Positions 18,679 through 28,396 of a stretch of DNA of 64,000 nucleotides are shown piece after piece (the first letter of the stretch is position 1; the number at the start of each line of letters is the position of its first letter). The translations under genes were made by a program, and so were the position numbers. The DNA lies in contig OZ243927.1 of NCBI GenBank assembly GCA_965213925.1, positions 576,001-640,000 on the forward strand, read 5' to 3'. The DNA comes from Trueperaceae bacterium. GTDB lineage: Bacteria; Deinococcota; Deinococci; Deinococcales; Trueperaceae. The notes under the pieces are model-generated. The model saw only the letters and a program-made list of their open reading frames with translations. It was not told the origin of the DNA and did not search any database.

Positions 18679-19347
18679 ATGCTAGACACCCATACTACAG
18701 ACCTAGGCTTCTCCCCCAACGTCGTCCCAAATACCTTGGCGCTTCCTACCCGTACCCTCGAGATCGACGATGTTTTGTACGAAGAAGGACGCGACGCCAG
18801 CTCGCTCTATATCGTCAATAGCGGCGTTTTGAAAGCTGTCGTCCCGACCTCAGTTGGCAAAGAGCGCATCGCCGACCTCTACGGTCCCGGTGACGTCATC
18901 GGTACCGCCGCTTTGGACGGTGGTCAGCACGCCGAGACCGTCGTCGCTGTGCACGACGCCGACCTCACCCCCGTCGACCCACAGCAAGCGATGGGCGACC
19001 GCCGGTTGCGCGACTACATCATGCGCAGCCTAGCGCGGCAACTGCGCAGCAGCCGCGAAGCGATCGACGACGCCGAGCTGCCCGTCGGTGCTCGCGTCAC
19101 CCGCGCCTTCTTGCGCTTAGCCGAGCGTTTCGGTCAGGGCGCGGACGGTCAAGAGGGCGTCAAACTCCCGCTCGCGCTGACGCACGAAGATTTGGCGTCG
19201 CTGACGGGTTCCTCTCGCGTGACTATCACCCGCATCTTAGGTGAGCTTCGCAACGACGGTGCGCTCACCGGCACGCGCGGCGTGTACGTCGCTAACCCGA
19301 AAGGTTTAGAAGCCGCGACTGATCACTACGTGATGCAAGTTCTCTAA
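18679..19347 (+). CDS. Crp/Fnr family transcriptional regulator
   Basis: cNMP-binding-like N-domain (LYIVNSG, GPGDVIG) and HTH LTHEDLASLTGSSRVTITRILGEL. Confidence 0.9.
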   Translation: MLDTHTTDLGFSPNVVPNTLALPTRTLEIDDVLYEEGRDASSLYIVNSGVLKAVVPTSVGKERIADLYGPGDVIGTAALDGGQHAETVVAVHDADLTPVDPQQAMGDRRLRDYIMRSLARQLRSSREAIDDAELPVGARVTRAFLRLAERFGQGADGQEGVKLPLALTHEDLASLTGSSRVTITRILGELRNDGALTGTRGVYVANPKGLEAATDHYVMQVL

Positions 19348-19359
19348 AGTCTGAACTTC

Positions 19360-19398
19360 AAAGCGAAAGACCCCGCCAAGTGCGGGGTCTTTCGCTTT
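19360..19398. terminator. Bidirectional intrinsic terminator
   Basis: Perfect 17-bp stem AAAGCGAAAGACCCCGC-caagt-GCGGGGTCTTTCGCTTT. Confidence 0.9.
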
Positions 19399-19407
19399 AT
19401 ACAGGTC

Positions 19408-19599
19408 GTACTACAGTGTCAAGTAAAAATGAATCGTGTCATTCTGAACGTAGCGATAACGGAGTGAAAGAATCTCTGACCTTGCCTTCTCCACTGTCGG
19501 AGAGTGCGAAACGAGACCCCTCGACTTCGCAAGGCTTAACGCCCGACTGCGTGAACGGGGTGACAACGATGTTGTAAAACTTAATTGACAGTGTAGTAC
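19408..19599. mobile_element. MITE-like non-autonomous element, copy 1
   Basis: Terminal IR GTACTACAGTGTCAA / TTGACAGTGTAGTAC (14/15 match); homologous, in inverted orientation, to 40707-40877. Confidence 0.75.
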
Positions 19600-19725
19600 T
19601 CGCTTATCCGTAAACACTACACTGCACTTGTTCATCTCCGGCTGAGAAGATAGGTGCGAATAGCTGTTTTCCGCTCCAACTTCTACCTGAGAAACAAGCT
19701 TCGAGCCCTCCACAAAGCCCTTAGC

Positions 19726-20703
19726 TCAAGGCCCTATCGCAAACTCCAGCGCCCCCCGAAACCCATTCTTCCAATTCACCCAGTTATGCCCCGCGTGCCG
19801 CGTCTCGAACGTGTGCTCGTAGCCCTTTTCGTCCATCGCCTCAGCGACCTCTTTGTTGACGTCGGTGAGCCATTCTAACGTCCCCACGTCGTTATAGAAG
19901 CGAATCGGCTTGACCTCCTCGCTTTTGAGCGCGTCTAAAACCCACGAGTTTTCGTCCCAGAAGAAATCTCTCGACTCAGGCGTGCCCAAGTAGGCTCCTG
20001 AAAAGGCGACGACGGTGCCGAACACGTCCGGCTTGTCCCACGCTAAAAGCGTGCTCGCCAGACCGCCCAAACTCGCGCCCATCGCGACGCGCTCACCTGT
20101 TACCTCGAGCTTATCTTCGGCTAAAGGGATGACCTCTTCAAACACGAAGCGGCGGTAGGTTTCGTTGTAGCCATACTCTTTCGCGCGGTCCTTCGGCTCG
20201 ATAAAGACGAGGTGCGCGGGGCGGATGAGGTCGTCTTTGATCAGCTTCTCCAAAGTCAGATGGAGCTTGGCAAAGCGGTAAAAGGCGGTGCCGTCCTGGA
20301 CGTAGACGACGGGAAGCGGTTTATCTTCGTACCCGCTAGGCGTGTAGAGGCTCAGGCGGCGGGTTTGACCTAAGAGGTCGGAGTCGATTCGTTCCCGTTT
20401 CGTCTCGCCCACCTCCACCTCGTCCTCCTCAACGTCTGCGTACGGCTCGGCTTCGTACTCAGGACCGTAGACCGCGCTCACCTCGGGATACCAGATATTA
20501 TGCCCGCGTACTTCGTTCTCGGGGTCAGCCTTCATGTCGCCCTCAGCGTCCAAAAAAGCATATTCGAAGTACACGTCGTCGGGGAGGTTCAAGGAGAAGC
20601 TCGCGACCTTCTCCTTATTCACCTCATGCGGGTTCCTGTCCATATCGGTCAGGTCGGAAACGACGTGCGTCGCCCAGTCGGGAATCTGTATCTCTAGCTT
20701 CAT
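19726..20703 (-). CDS. Alpha/beta hydrolase, enterochelin-esterase (Fes)-like
   Basis: RRLSLYTPSGY, YVQDG, GASLGG nucleophile elbow and AGHNWVNW. Confidence 0.85.
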   Translation of the reverse strand: MKLEIQIPDWATHVVSDLTDMDRNPHEVNKEKVASFSLNLPDDVYFEYAFLDAEGDMKADPENEVRGHNIWYPEVSAVYGPEYEAEPYADVEEDEVEVGETKRERIDSDLLGQTRRLSLYTPSGYEDKPLPVVYVQDGTAFYRFAKLHLTLEKLIKDDLIRPAHLVFIEPKDRAKEYGYNETYRRFVFEEVIPLAEDKLEVTGERVAMGASLGGLASTLLAWDKPDVFGTVVAFSGAYLGTPESRDFFWDENSWVLDALKSEEVKPIRFYNDVGTLEWLTDVNKEVAEAMDEKGYEHTFETRHAGHNWVNWKNGFRGALEFAIGP

Positions 20704-20736
20704 GGTGGACAGTTTACCGAACTGTTATGTTAGGGG

Positions 20737-21903
20737 ATGGCACATCCTTTTGACCAGCTCGACAAAGAGACCTTACAAAAGAAGAACTGCATGAAGTGGC
20801 AGCGCTACGGGAGCGACGTGCTCCCCCTGTGGGTGGCGGACATGGACTTCCCCATCGCGGAGCCGATTCGCGAGTCGCTCTTAGAGTATGCGCAGGGTGA
20901 CAACTTCGGCTATCCGAAACCGGAGGGTCTGCCGGGGCTTAAAGAGGCGGTGCAGACGAGACTAGCGGAGCGCTATGGCTGGAGCGTCGAACCGGACGAC
21001 ATTCACCTCATTAATGGCATCGTGCCGGGGCTCTACTTAGGCGCATTAGGGTGCGCGAGCGCGGGCGAAGAGGTCATGATTCATACGCCCATCTATCCGC
21101 CTTTCATGTTGGCGATTAAGGACATGGGGCGAACACCCGTCTACAGTCAGCTCATCTTCACAGGCGATGACTGGACGGTCGACTTCGACAAGATGGAGGA
21201 GCAGATTACGCCCGCCACGCGCCTCATGATGCTCTGCAACCCGCACAACCCCACCGGGCGCGTCTTTCGCCGTGAGGAGTTGGAGCGCCTGGCTGACTTC
21301 GCCCTGCGCCACCGTTTGTGGGTCGTCTCGGACGAACTCCACAGCGACCTCGCCTACGAGGAGCACGAGCACATTCCCTTCGCCTCGCTGAGCGAAGAGG
21401 TCGCAGAGCGCACGGTGACGCTCTACGGTCCCACGAAGACCTTCAACATCGCCGGACTCAAAATCGGCTTTTTGATTTCACAAAATCAGCAGCTCTTAAA
21501 GCGCATGAAAGAGGTCGCGGGCTACTTGGTCGCGCCGCCCAACGTGATGGCGCAAACCGCGACGATTGCGGCGTACGAGCGTTCGCAGGAATGGTTTGAA
21601 AGTACGATGAACTATCTGGACGACAACCGCCACTTCGTCCACAACTTCCTAAACGAATACTTGCCACAGGTCAGGCACCTGATGCCCGAGGGGACATACC
21701 TCAGTTTTATGGACTTCAGCGCATTGGACATTGGCAAGGATTTGTATGACTTCTTGTTGGAGGACTGCAAAGTCGGCTTGAACAAGGGTCCGGCGTACGG
21801 TCCGGGCGGCGAGGGCTTCACGCGGCTGAACTTCGCCACCTCTCGCTCGATTGTAGAGGAGGCGCTAGAGCGGATTAAGCGCGGCGTCGAGCAGCGGGTG
21901 TAA
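20737..21903 (+). CDS. MalY/PatB family PLP-dependent cystathionine beta-lyase
   Basis: LPLWVADMDF, LCNPHNPTGRV, SDELHSD, KTFNIAGL and RLNFAT. Confidence 0.9.
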   Translation: MAHPFDQLDKETLQKKNCMKWQRYGSDVLPLWVADMDFPIAEPIRESLLEYAQGDNFGYPKPEGLPGLKEAVQTRLAERYGWSVEPDDIHLINGIVPGLYLGALGCASAGEEVMIHTPIYPPFMLAIKDMGRTPVYSQLIFTGDDWTVDFDKMEEQITPATRLMMLCNPHNPTGRVFRREELERLADFALRHRLWVVSDELHSDLAYEEHEHIPFASLSEEVAERTVTLYGPTKTFNIAGLKIGFLISQNQQLLKRMKEVAGYLVAPPNVMAQTATIAAYERSQEWFESTMNYLDDNRHFVHNFLNEYLPQVRHLMPEGTYLSFMDFSALDIGKDLYDFLLEDCKVGLNKGPAYGPGGEGFTRLNFATSRSIVEEALERIKRGVEQRV

Positions 21904-21906
21904 GCC

Positions 21907-22407
21907 TTGGATTTCAAGCGATATATCAGAGAGATGGTGGGGCGAAACCGTTACGACTTCACGCCTCTTTTTGCGGACGCCTTCGTGTTCGAGCAGGCGA
22001 CGAAGGCTTTGACTGAGCCGTTCTTAAACAGCAGCGTTGAGAAAGTCGCCGCGCTCGATGCGCTCGGCTTTACGCTAGGCGGCAGCGTCGCCTCTAAGCT
22101 CGAGGCTGGTCTCGTTCTCGTTCGCAAAGAGGGCAAGATTCCTTGGAACACTGTGAGCACGAAAATTACAGACTACAGCGGTGAGGTGAAGGGGCTCGAG
22201 CTTGCCGAAGACGCAGTACAACCAGGCGAGCGCGTCCTTATCGTAGATGACTGGTCAGAAACGGGCGCGCAGCTTAGGGCAGCGGTTGAACTCATTAGAA
22301 GTTTAAGAGGTCACGTAATTGGTGTTGCACTCATTGGTTGTGATGAAGAGGTCAAAGAACTCCCGGAGCTAAGCGCACTTCAGTTCAACTCTTTAGTCTT
22401 CGACTGA
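21907..22407 (+). CDS. Adenine phosphoribosyltransferase-like PRTase
   Basis: VRKEGKIP and the PRPP motif VLIVDDWSETG. Confidence 0.8.
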   Translation: MDFKRYIREMVGRNRYDFTPLFADAFVFEQATKALTEPFLNSSVEKVAALDALGFTLGGSVASKLEAGLVLVRKEGKIPWNTVSTKITDYSGEVKGLELAEDAVQPGERVLIVDDWSETGAQLRAAVELIRSLRGHVIGVALIGCDEEVKELPELSALQFNSLVFD

Positions 22408-22496
22408 AAGCTCACTGATAAGTGGCAGAATAAGGACATCGCTAAAACCAAACGCATCATTGAAAAGTTGGGGCGCAAACTCTCAGGAGGTGACAG

Positions 22497-22766
22497 ATGA
22501 AGCCGGTACTCGAGGAACTAGAGAAGTCGATTGCGAAATTCCAAGATGAGCTTCTTGAAGATGCCGATACGTTCAGAGCGTCGTTAGAGGCGTTTAGAGA
22601 AACAGAGGTGGAGCGCGGCAGCGACGAATACTACACGCTATATGGCAACATGTACGCAAACCTCACGCAACTGAAGAATTCCGCTGAAACCGTGCAGGAA
22701 TACATGGATCAAGCGGACGATTTAGCAGATATGATCGAGAATCTGCCTAGAGATAAGGTCGCGTAG
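22497..22766 (+). CDS. Small acidic helical hypothetical protein
   Basis: Strong RBS AGGAGG; 89 aa. Confidence 0.7.
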   Translation: MKPVLEELEKSIAKFQDELLEDADTFRASLEAFRETEVERGSDEYYTLYGNMYANLTQLKNSAETVQEYMDQADDLADMIENLPRDKVA

Positions 22767-22799
22767 CATCCTTATCATCCACATTCTGAGCGCACGCTG

Positions 22800-23483
22800 A
22801 TGTTTGATCCTTTTCCTGAAGACCTCGAGCACTGCACCCGCTGCCCCAGACTCGCCGAATACCGTCAAGAGGTCGCGCAGAAAAAGCGTCGCGCTTATCA
22901 GGGTGAGGACTATTGGGGCAAACCCGTGCCCGGCTTCGGCGACGAGGACGCGCACATCCTCCTCTTAGGGCTCGCGCCGGGCGCGCACGGCAGCAACCGC
23001 ACCGGGCGGATGTTTACGGGCGACGGCAGCGGTAACTTCCTCTTTCCGGCGCTTTTCCGCACAGGCTTTGCGAATCGGCCGGACTCGAGGCGTAGAGGGG
23101 ATGGTTTGACGCTCCGAGACATGTGGATTAGCGCGGCGTGCCGCTGTGTGCCGCCCGGTAATAAACCCGCGCGGCAAGAGGTGCTGAACTGCCAGGGGTG
23201 GCTGGAACATGACTTTGACGGGCTGAGGAACTTACAACTCGTCTTAGCCCTCGGGTCTATCGCGCATGACAGCTATTTGGAACTGCTCAAGGCTGAGGGA
23301 AAAGAGATTACTAAAGCCCGCTACAGGTTTGCGCACGGCGCACTTCACGAGATAGAGGGTGCGTTACCCATGCTGGACAGCTATCACGTCAGCATTCAAA
23401 ATACGAACACGGGCAAACTCACGCCGAAAATGTTCGACGCGGTGTTGGAGCGGGCTAAGGCGTTCGTCACCTCTTTAGGGTAG
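22800..23483 (+). CDS. Uracil-DNA glycosylase, family 5 (UdgB type, Fe-S)
   Basis: CTRCPRL, YWGKPVPGFGD, GLAPGAHGSNRTGRMFTGD, RCVPP-NKP and SYH-S-QNTNTG. Confidence 0.9.
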   Translation: MFDPFPEDLEHCTRCPRLAEYRQEVAQKKRRAYQGEDYWGKPVPGFGDEDAHILLLGLAPGAHGSNRTGRMFTGDGSGNFLFPALFRTGFANRPDSRRRGDGLTLRDMWISAACRCVPPGNKPARQEVLNCQGWLEHDFDGLRNLQLVLALGSIAHDSYLELLKAEGKEITKARYRFAHGALHEIEGALPMLDSYHVSIQNTNTGKLTPKMFDAVLERAKAFVTSLG

Positions 23484-23488
23484 CGCAT

Positions 23489-23585
23489 AAAGAAGCAGAG
23501 CGACCCCGCCGGACGATAGCTCAACCGCTTTCGCCGGGGGGTAGTAGCGGCTAAGCTATCTCTACCGCCGAGCACCGCCCTGCAC
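23489..23585 (-). ncRNA. Candidate small RNA: long hairpin with a CCCCCC loop
   Basis: Minus-strand TATACT -10 at 23591-23596; 15-bp stem GAUAGCUUAGCCGCU/AGCGGUUGAGCUAUC whose G-U pairs form only on the minus strand; U-rich tail. Confidence 0.45.
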
Positions 23586-23724
23586 TAAGGAGTATAGGAA
23601 ATACAGTTTCTCTAAACTCACTCTCGCGCCACAGAACGTGCGCAGCGAACTCCTTTCTAACGGTGCTGAGCCGACGCGCTCTCAACATAGGAAACGCTTA
23701 TTTGCGGGTATAATTCTGAGTACT

Positions 23725-25069
23725 ATGATACGCGAACCGCGAGCTTATCTCGCCCTATTCATCTTTTTTACCCTTCTTACCGTTGGTCCGCCCAGCCAGG
23801 CGCAGAACGCCAACGCGGTGTGGGTGGTCCCCATCGAGGGACAAATCACGCCCGCGACCACGCAGTTTGTCGCCTCGCGCATCGAGGAGGCGAACGACGT
23901 GCTTCCGCTCGCGCTGGTGTTTCTCATCGATACGCCGGGGAGGCCGTGTAGACGCGGCGCAAGACATCTCGGACAGCATCCTCAACGCGGCGCAGGTGCC
24001 GACTATTGCGGTGGTACAAGACGCCTTTAGTGCGGGCGCACTCATCGCCATGAGCGCGCAGGATTTGGCGATTTTGCCGGGCGCGTCTATCGGCGCGGCG
24101 ACGGCTATAAACGGGCTCACGGGCGAGCAAGCCTCGGAAAAGATTCAGTCCGCATGGCGCAGCGAGTTTCGCTCGGTGGCGCAAGCGAGAGGGCGCAACG
24201 AGGACGTGGCGGCGGGGATGGTCTCGGAGCGCATCGAGGTGCCAGGGCTCTCCTCAAACGAGGAACTCATCACTTTGACGGCGGCGCAGGCGGTGGAATA
24301 TAACATCGCAGATTTGCAAGCGAGCAGCTTACAAGATGCGCTCGAGCAGCTCGGCTACAGCGCGAACGTCCCGGTTGAGCGGCTCGAGCCTACCCTCACC
24401 GAGCGCGTCGCGGGCGGACTCACGAGCCCGCTCGTCGCGGCGGCGCTTCTAGCTATCGGCATTTTAGGCATCATCATCGAACTCTTTTCGCCGGGCGTCG
24501 GGCTGCCGGGCGGGATTGGCGCGTTGGCACTCCTGCTCTTTTTTAGCGGCGCGTTTATCGCCACGCCTGCGGGTCCTTTCGACCTCGTGGTGCTCTTGGC
24601 GGGCATTTTGCTCATCGCCGCTGAGGTCTTCGTGATTCCCGGTTTTGGCGTCGCGGGTATTCTGGGCGCGGGCGCGATCATCTTCGCGGTCTTTCGTATC
24701 TTTCAGGGGAACACCATCGAGGTGCTCGGCTACACGACGCTCTTCGGCGGCGTGCTCTTGGGCTTAGCGCTCTGGCTCTTGCCGAATACCCGCTTGGGCG
24801 GCGTGTTCACGCTTACGACAAGGCTAGGCGACAGCGACTCGCCTCAGAGCGTCGACAAGCCCAACAAGGGCAAGCTCGTCAGCGACCTCAACCACTTGAA
24901 CGGCGAGCGCGGCGTCGCCATCACCGACTTGCGCCCGGCGGGGACGGCGCGCTTCGACTTAGAGCGCGTCGACGTCGTGACCGAAGGGGGTTACGTCGGT
25001 CGGGGCAGCGAGATCGAGGTCTTGCGGGTCGAGGGGAGCCGCGTTACGGTGCGCGAGGTGGAGAGCTGA
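23725..25069 (+). pseudogene. nfeD: NfeD family membrane serine protease, split by a +1 frameshift near 23937-23940
   Basis: VVPIEGQI...IDTPG in one frame continues as GRVDAA...AFSAGALIA...LRPAG...VDVVTEG in the next; removing one G from CCGGGGAGGC restores DTPGGRVD. Confidence 0.8.
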
Positions 25070-25242
25070 CGTTGAGTCAATAGGAGAGAAATGCTTCATG
25101 TGGGGGCTCGAGTCGCAAAGTTTACCTCCGATTATCCCTGCACCTTCTAAGGTAAGGGGGTACCCTCGCGGCTGCCCTGCTATAATGGTCTAAGCAAGGC
25201 TTGGGAGAGCTAGGTAAACGAGGGCAGGTTAGGACGTGGTGC

Positions 25243-26144
25243 GTGAACGTTTATCGGGGCTTGAAAATTCTCTTTGTAGCGTGGGTCGCTCTAGTGCGCA
25301 GCGCTAGGCTCAGCCCAAGCGTCGGCCGAGCCGACGTCGCCTGCGGTTGCGCCCTCGGACCTCTCCATTACGTTACCTATCTACAACGAGCGCGGCTTAG
25401 AACTCGTCCTCTCCTCGCAGACCGAGTTCCACCTCCTCTTACAGCCAGGTGACACCTTCATGCTCGTCTCTGGTAACACGAGGGGCGAGGTGGACCTCGC
25501 TTGGGTCAACAGCGCAGCGGAGGCCCTGACGGCGCGCCTATCCGCAAGTGTCCATCGTCGCCGCGACGAGCGGTCTGAGCAACGTCGCCGCCGCGACGCT
25601 CGGCGCAGAGCCTCCCGTGGAGGCGGTTATCTACGTTTACGAGCCGAACTTCCCCAATCTACCCGAATTCACCTGGGACTTCTACGCGACGTTGGAGCAC
25701 CTCTCCGAAGCGAGCGCCTGGGCACAAGCGAGCGAGCTGCGTTTGGGTGCTAAACCTACGGGGCGTCCACTTTTGCAGCGCAACCTGCTGCGTTACAACT
25801 GGAATTACGGTCAGCTCAGCGAAGCCTTCGACGAACTGTTCATTCAGACGCAGACATACTGTAAGGAGGGCACGAGGTCGTTTGAGCGAGCGTTAGAGCG
25901 CGTGCTCAGGCAGGTCGCGCTGGTCAACCCCGAACTTCCTTGGTATCCGCAAGTTACCGTCGACCCGAAAGCGCCCAACGGCACGACGGTTGAGCGAGCT
26001 GTTGACTGCGCGCGTGTCGCACAGTTCAAGGGTCTGAGCGGTGTGTTGCTCTGGTGGTCGCCCAAATATCCGGGACAAGCGCTCAACTTTTTGAGACAAT
26101 TACGCGCTCCGAGCGCGGCGCAGCAGCCAGCGGCTGCGCGGTAG
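25243..26144 (+). pseudogene. Secreted hypothetical protein (about 300 aa) split by two +1 frameshifts near 25298 and 25537
   Basis: Signal-peptide-like start, then ALGSAQASAEPTSP...VSGNTRG...ALTAR, then YPQVSIVAATSGL... in three successive frames. Confidence 0.55.
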
Positions 26145-27933
26145 GTCCGAGCGGCAGGGTGAAGAGCGAGTCGAGGCTCAAGTAGGCGCGCAGGAGCCGA
26201 AAGCCCAAGTAGGCGGGGATGTAAGGGAGCAGCTGCCAGCGCCGGTACACCACTAGAACGCCGAGCGAGATGAGCAGCGACGAGCCCGCTAAGATCGCGA
26301 CGACGGTCGCGCCCGAGCGCAAGTAGAGCGCGGAGGGCTCGAGCGCCGCGACCACCACCGCGTAGAGTAGAATAGGCACCATCATCGAACGCCGCGCGCT
26401 CTGCACGAGCGCCCAGGGCAACGTGAAGCTGCCGCGCACCCCTTGGCGCATCATTATCGCCGAGCGGTTGCGCGACGCCACGTGGTAAATGCTGCGAAAC
26501 CAGCGCATGCGCTGTTCGCGCAGGTGGCCCAAGGTCGCGGGCACCTCCGAATAGACCTGCAAGCGCGGGTCGTTGACGAGCGTGTAGCCGAGCCGCCCGG
26601 TGCGCAGCACGATGTCGGTATCCTCGCCGTTGATCCCTTCGGCGAAGCCGCCTAGCTCAATGAGGCAGCTCCGCCGATACGCTGAAAAGATACCGGGCAT
26701 GCTGAGAAGACCGTCCACGGCGCACAGACCGAGCCGCCCGAAGCCCTGATTGAGATAGACTTCGACCGCGCGCATTTTGGACAGGAGCGAGGCCGATTCG
26801 CGGGGCAGCGGTAGCCCGCTAACCGCGCCCACCACGGGCTTGGCGAAGTGAGGGATGGCCCAGGAGAGGATGCTGGGCGAGACGAGCGTGTCGGCGTCTA
26901 CGCGCACGACGATGTCCTCTTTGATGTGACGCAGCCCCGCGTTGAGCGCTTTCGATTTGCCCGGCTCCAAACAGCTCAGCACCTGACCCTTGAGCGCTTT
27001 ACAGTCGTTCAGGGCGGCTTGCGCGATCCGCTCGGTCTCGTCCCTCGAGCCGTTATCCACCACGTAGAGCTGGCAGAGCCGCCCGTAATGCTGCGCCGCC
27101 CTGTCCAAGCTTTGGATGCACGCGGCGATATCCTCCGCCTCGTTAAAGGCGGGCACCAAGAAGGCGATGGAGTAGCGGATGTCGCCCGTGCTGCGGCGCA
27201 GCGAGACGATCTCGTAAACCGCTAAAAAGGCGAAACAGAGCGGAAAAAAGAGGACGATGCCGGGACCCAAGCCGCCCAGGAGACCCACCGAGCGCAGCCC
27301 CTCGAGCACCCCACCCATGAACCGGCTCACCAGCGTCGTGATAAGCGCACTCGACGCGCCCGCTAGCGCTAGAAGCAGGAGGTAGCGGCGCGGACGCGCC
27401 AAGCGCGTCTCGACCCGTTCGTCCGTAGGCAGGTGCCCTTGCCAGAGAAGCGTCGCCGCGAGGATCATGAGCGCCGCGAAGCCGATGGCGACGTTCGCGA
27501 CCACGGCGATGAACCTCGGGCTGACGAAGGGCGTCGCGCTGAGTAGCAGCGTGTCGAGCAGGAGCGTCGCTAGCAGGTAGGAGAGCAGTAGCGTTGTCAC
27601 GAGCTTGAGCCGCTGCCACAGCGAGCCCGACGCGAAGAGGCCGAACGAGAGGAAGAAAACGAAGAAGAAGGGTCGCAACCTCAGCGCGTAGGTCGGCTCG
27701 GGAAAACGCAGCCCGCCTGTCACGCGGCGGAGCAGCTCGCTGTAGAAGGGCTCGACCGCGGGGAGCACCGTGAGCGAAAGCGCCGAGAGCAGGGCGAAGG
27801 TGAGCAAAAACAGCGCGACGTACCAGGGCGGACGCGGCACCGAAAACTCGGGGGGCGCGCTGTCGATAGAGACGTAATCGGTCTTGTGCTCGACCCGAGG
27901 CGAGCGCCTGCGGCGCGTTATACGACGCGACAT
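26083..27933 (-). CDS. Multi-TM family 2 glycosyltransferase (PgaC/IcaA/cellulose-synthase-like)
   Basis: VPAFNE, VDNGSRD, GKSKALNAG, VDAD, GEDTD and QRMRW processive GT2 motifs. Confidence 0.9.
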   Translation of the reverse strand: MSRRITRRRRSPRVEHKTDYVSIDSAPPEFSVPRPPWYVALFLLTFALLSALSLTVLPAVEPFYSELLRRVTGGLRFPEPTYALRLRPFFFVFFLSFGLFASGSLWQRLKLVTTLLLSYLLATLLLDTLLLSATPFVSPRFIAVVANVAIGFAALMILAATLLWQGHLPTDERVETRLARPRRYLLLLALAGASSALITTLVSRFMGGVLEGLRSVGLLGGLGPGIVLFFPLCFAFLAVYEIVSLRRSTGDIRYSIAFLVPAFNEAEDIAACIQSLDRAAQHYGRLCQLYVVDNGSRDETERIAQAALNDCKALKGQVLSCLEPGKSKALNAGLRHIKEDIVVRVDADTLVSPSILSWAIPHFAKPVVGAVSGLPLPRESASLLSKMRAVEVYLNQGFGRLGLCAVDGLLSMPGIFSAYRRSCLIELGGFAEGINGEDTDIVLRTGRLGYTLVNDPRLQVYSEVPATLGHLREQRMRWFRSIYHVASRNRSAIMMRQGVRGSFTLPWALVQSARRSMMVPILLYAVVVAALEPSALYLRSGATVVAILAGSSLLISLGVLVVYRRWQLLPYIPAYLGFRLLRAYLSLDSLFTLPLGPTAQPLAAAPRSERVIVSKS

Positions 27934-28396
27934 GGAAGTGAATACGGAACGTATGAAGAGCGTTTGAGTTGAAGCAACACTGCGTACCCGCCTATCTAAG
28001 TAGCATTTTGAAAAGACGTTCAGCCGCCCCGCGCAGACTGTGTTAGAAACCCCACCCGACTTCACCCGTAAGACCCTACCTAAAAGACTTTTCCCGAGAA
28101 ACCGGGTGAGCGGCCTCGAGCCGTGCTCAGGCTAGAACGGTGGGGCGCGTCAGGCACGGGACGAACCTGGAGAGAATATACCGCGTTTTTTCTTAAGAAA
28201 ACACCCACCGTGTACGCAGCGTCTCACGAGCACACAGTTACGCCGTCAGACACAGGATTTTCACACTTTAACCAGTTCTTAATATTGAGTTTTGACACGT
28301 TACAGCAGCTTACTCAACCGGCCTTTAGAGGTGAGTCTGACGGTGAGCGTGAGCGGTGGGAGAAGGTGGGGCGCGAAATATGTTTAGATACCTCTT

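Noticed and set aside
19380..19713. ORFs 19380-19577, 19411-19713 and 40697-40945
   Set aside because: They lie over the MITE-like repeats and are best explained as chance frames.
23489..23585. SRP RNA, 6S RNA or canonical 6C RNA
   Set aside because: It lacks the SRP domain IV motif, is too short for 6S, and has only one C-rich loop; it is kept as an unknown candidate.
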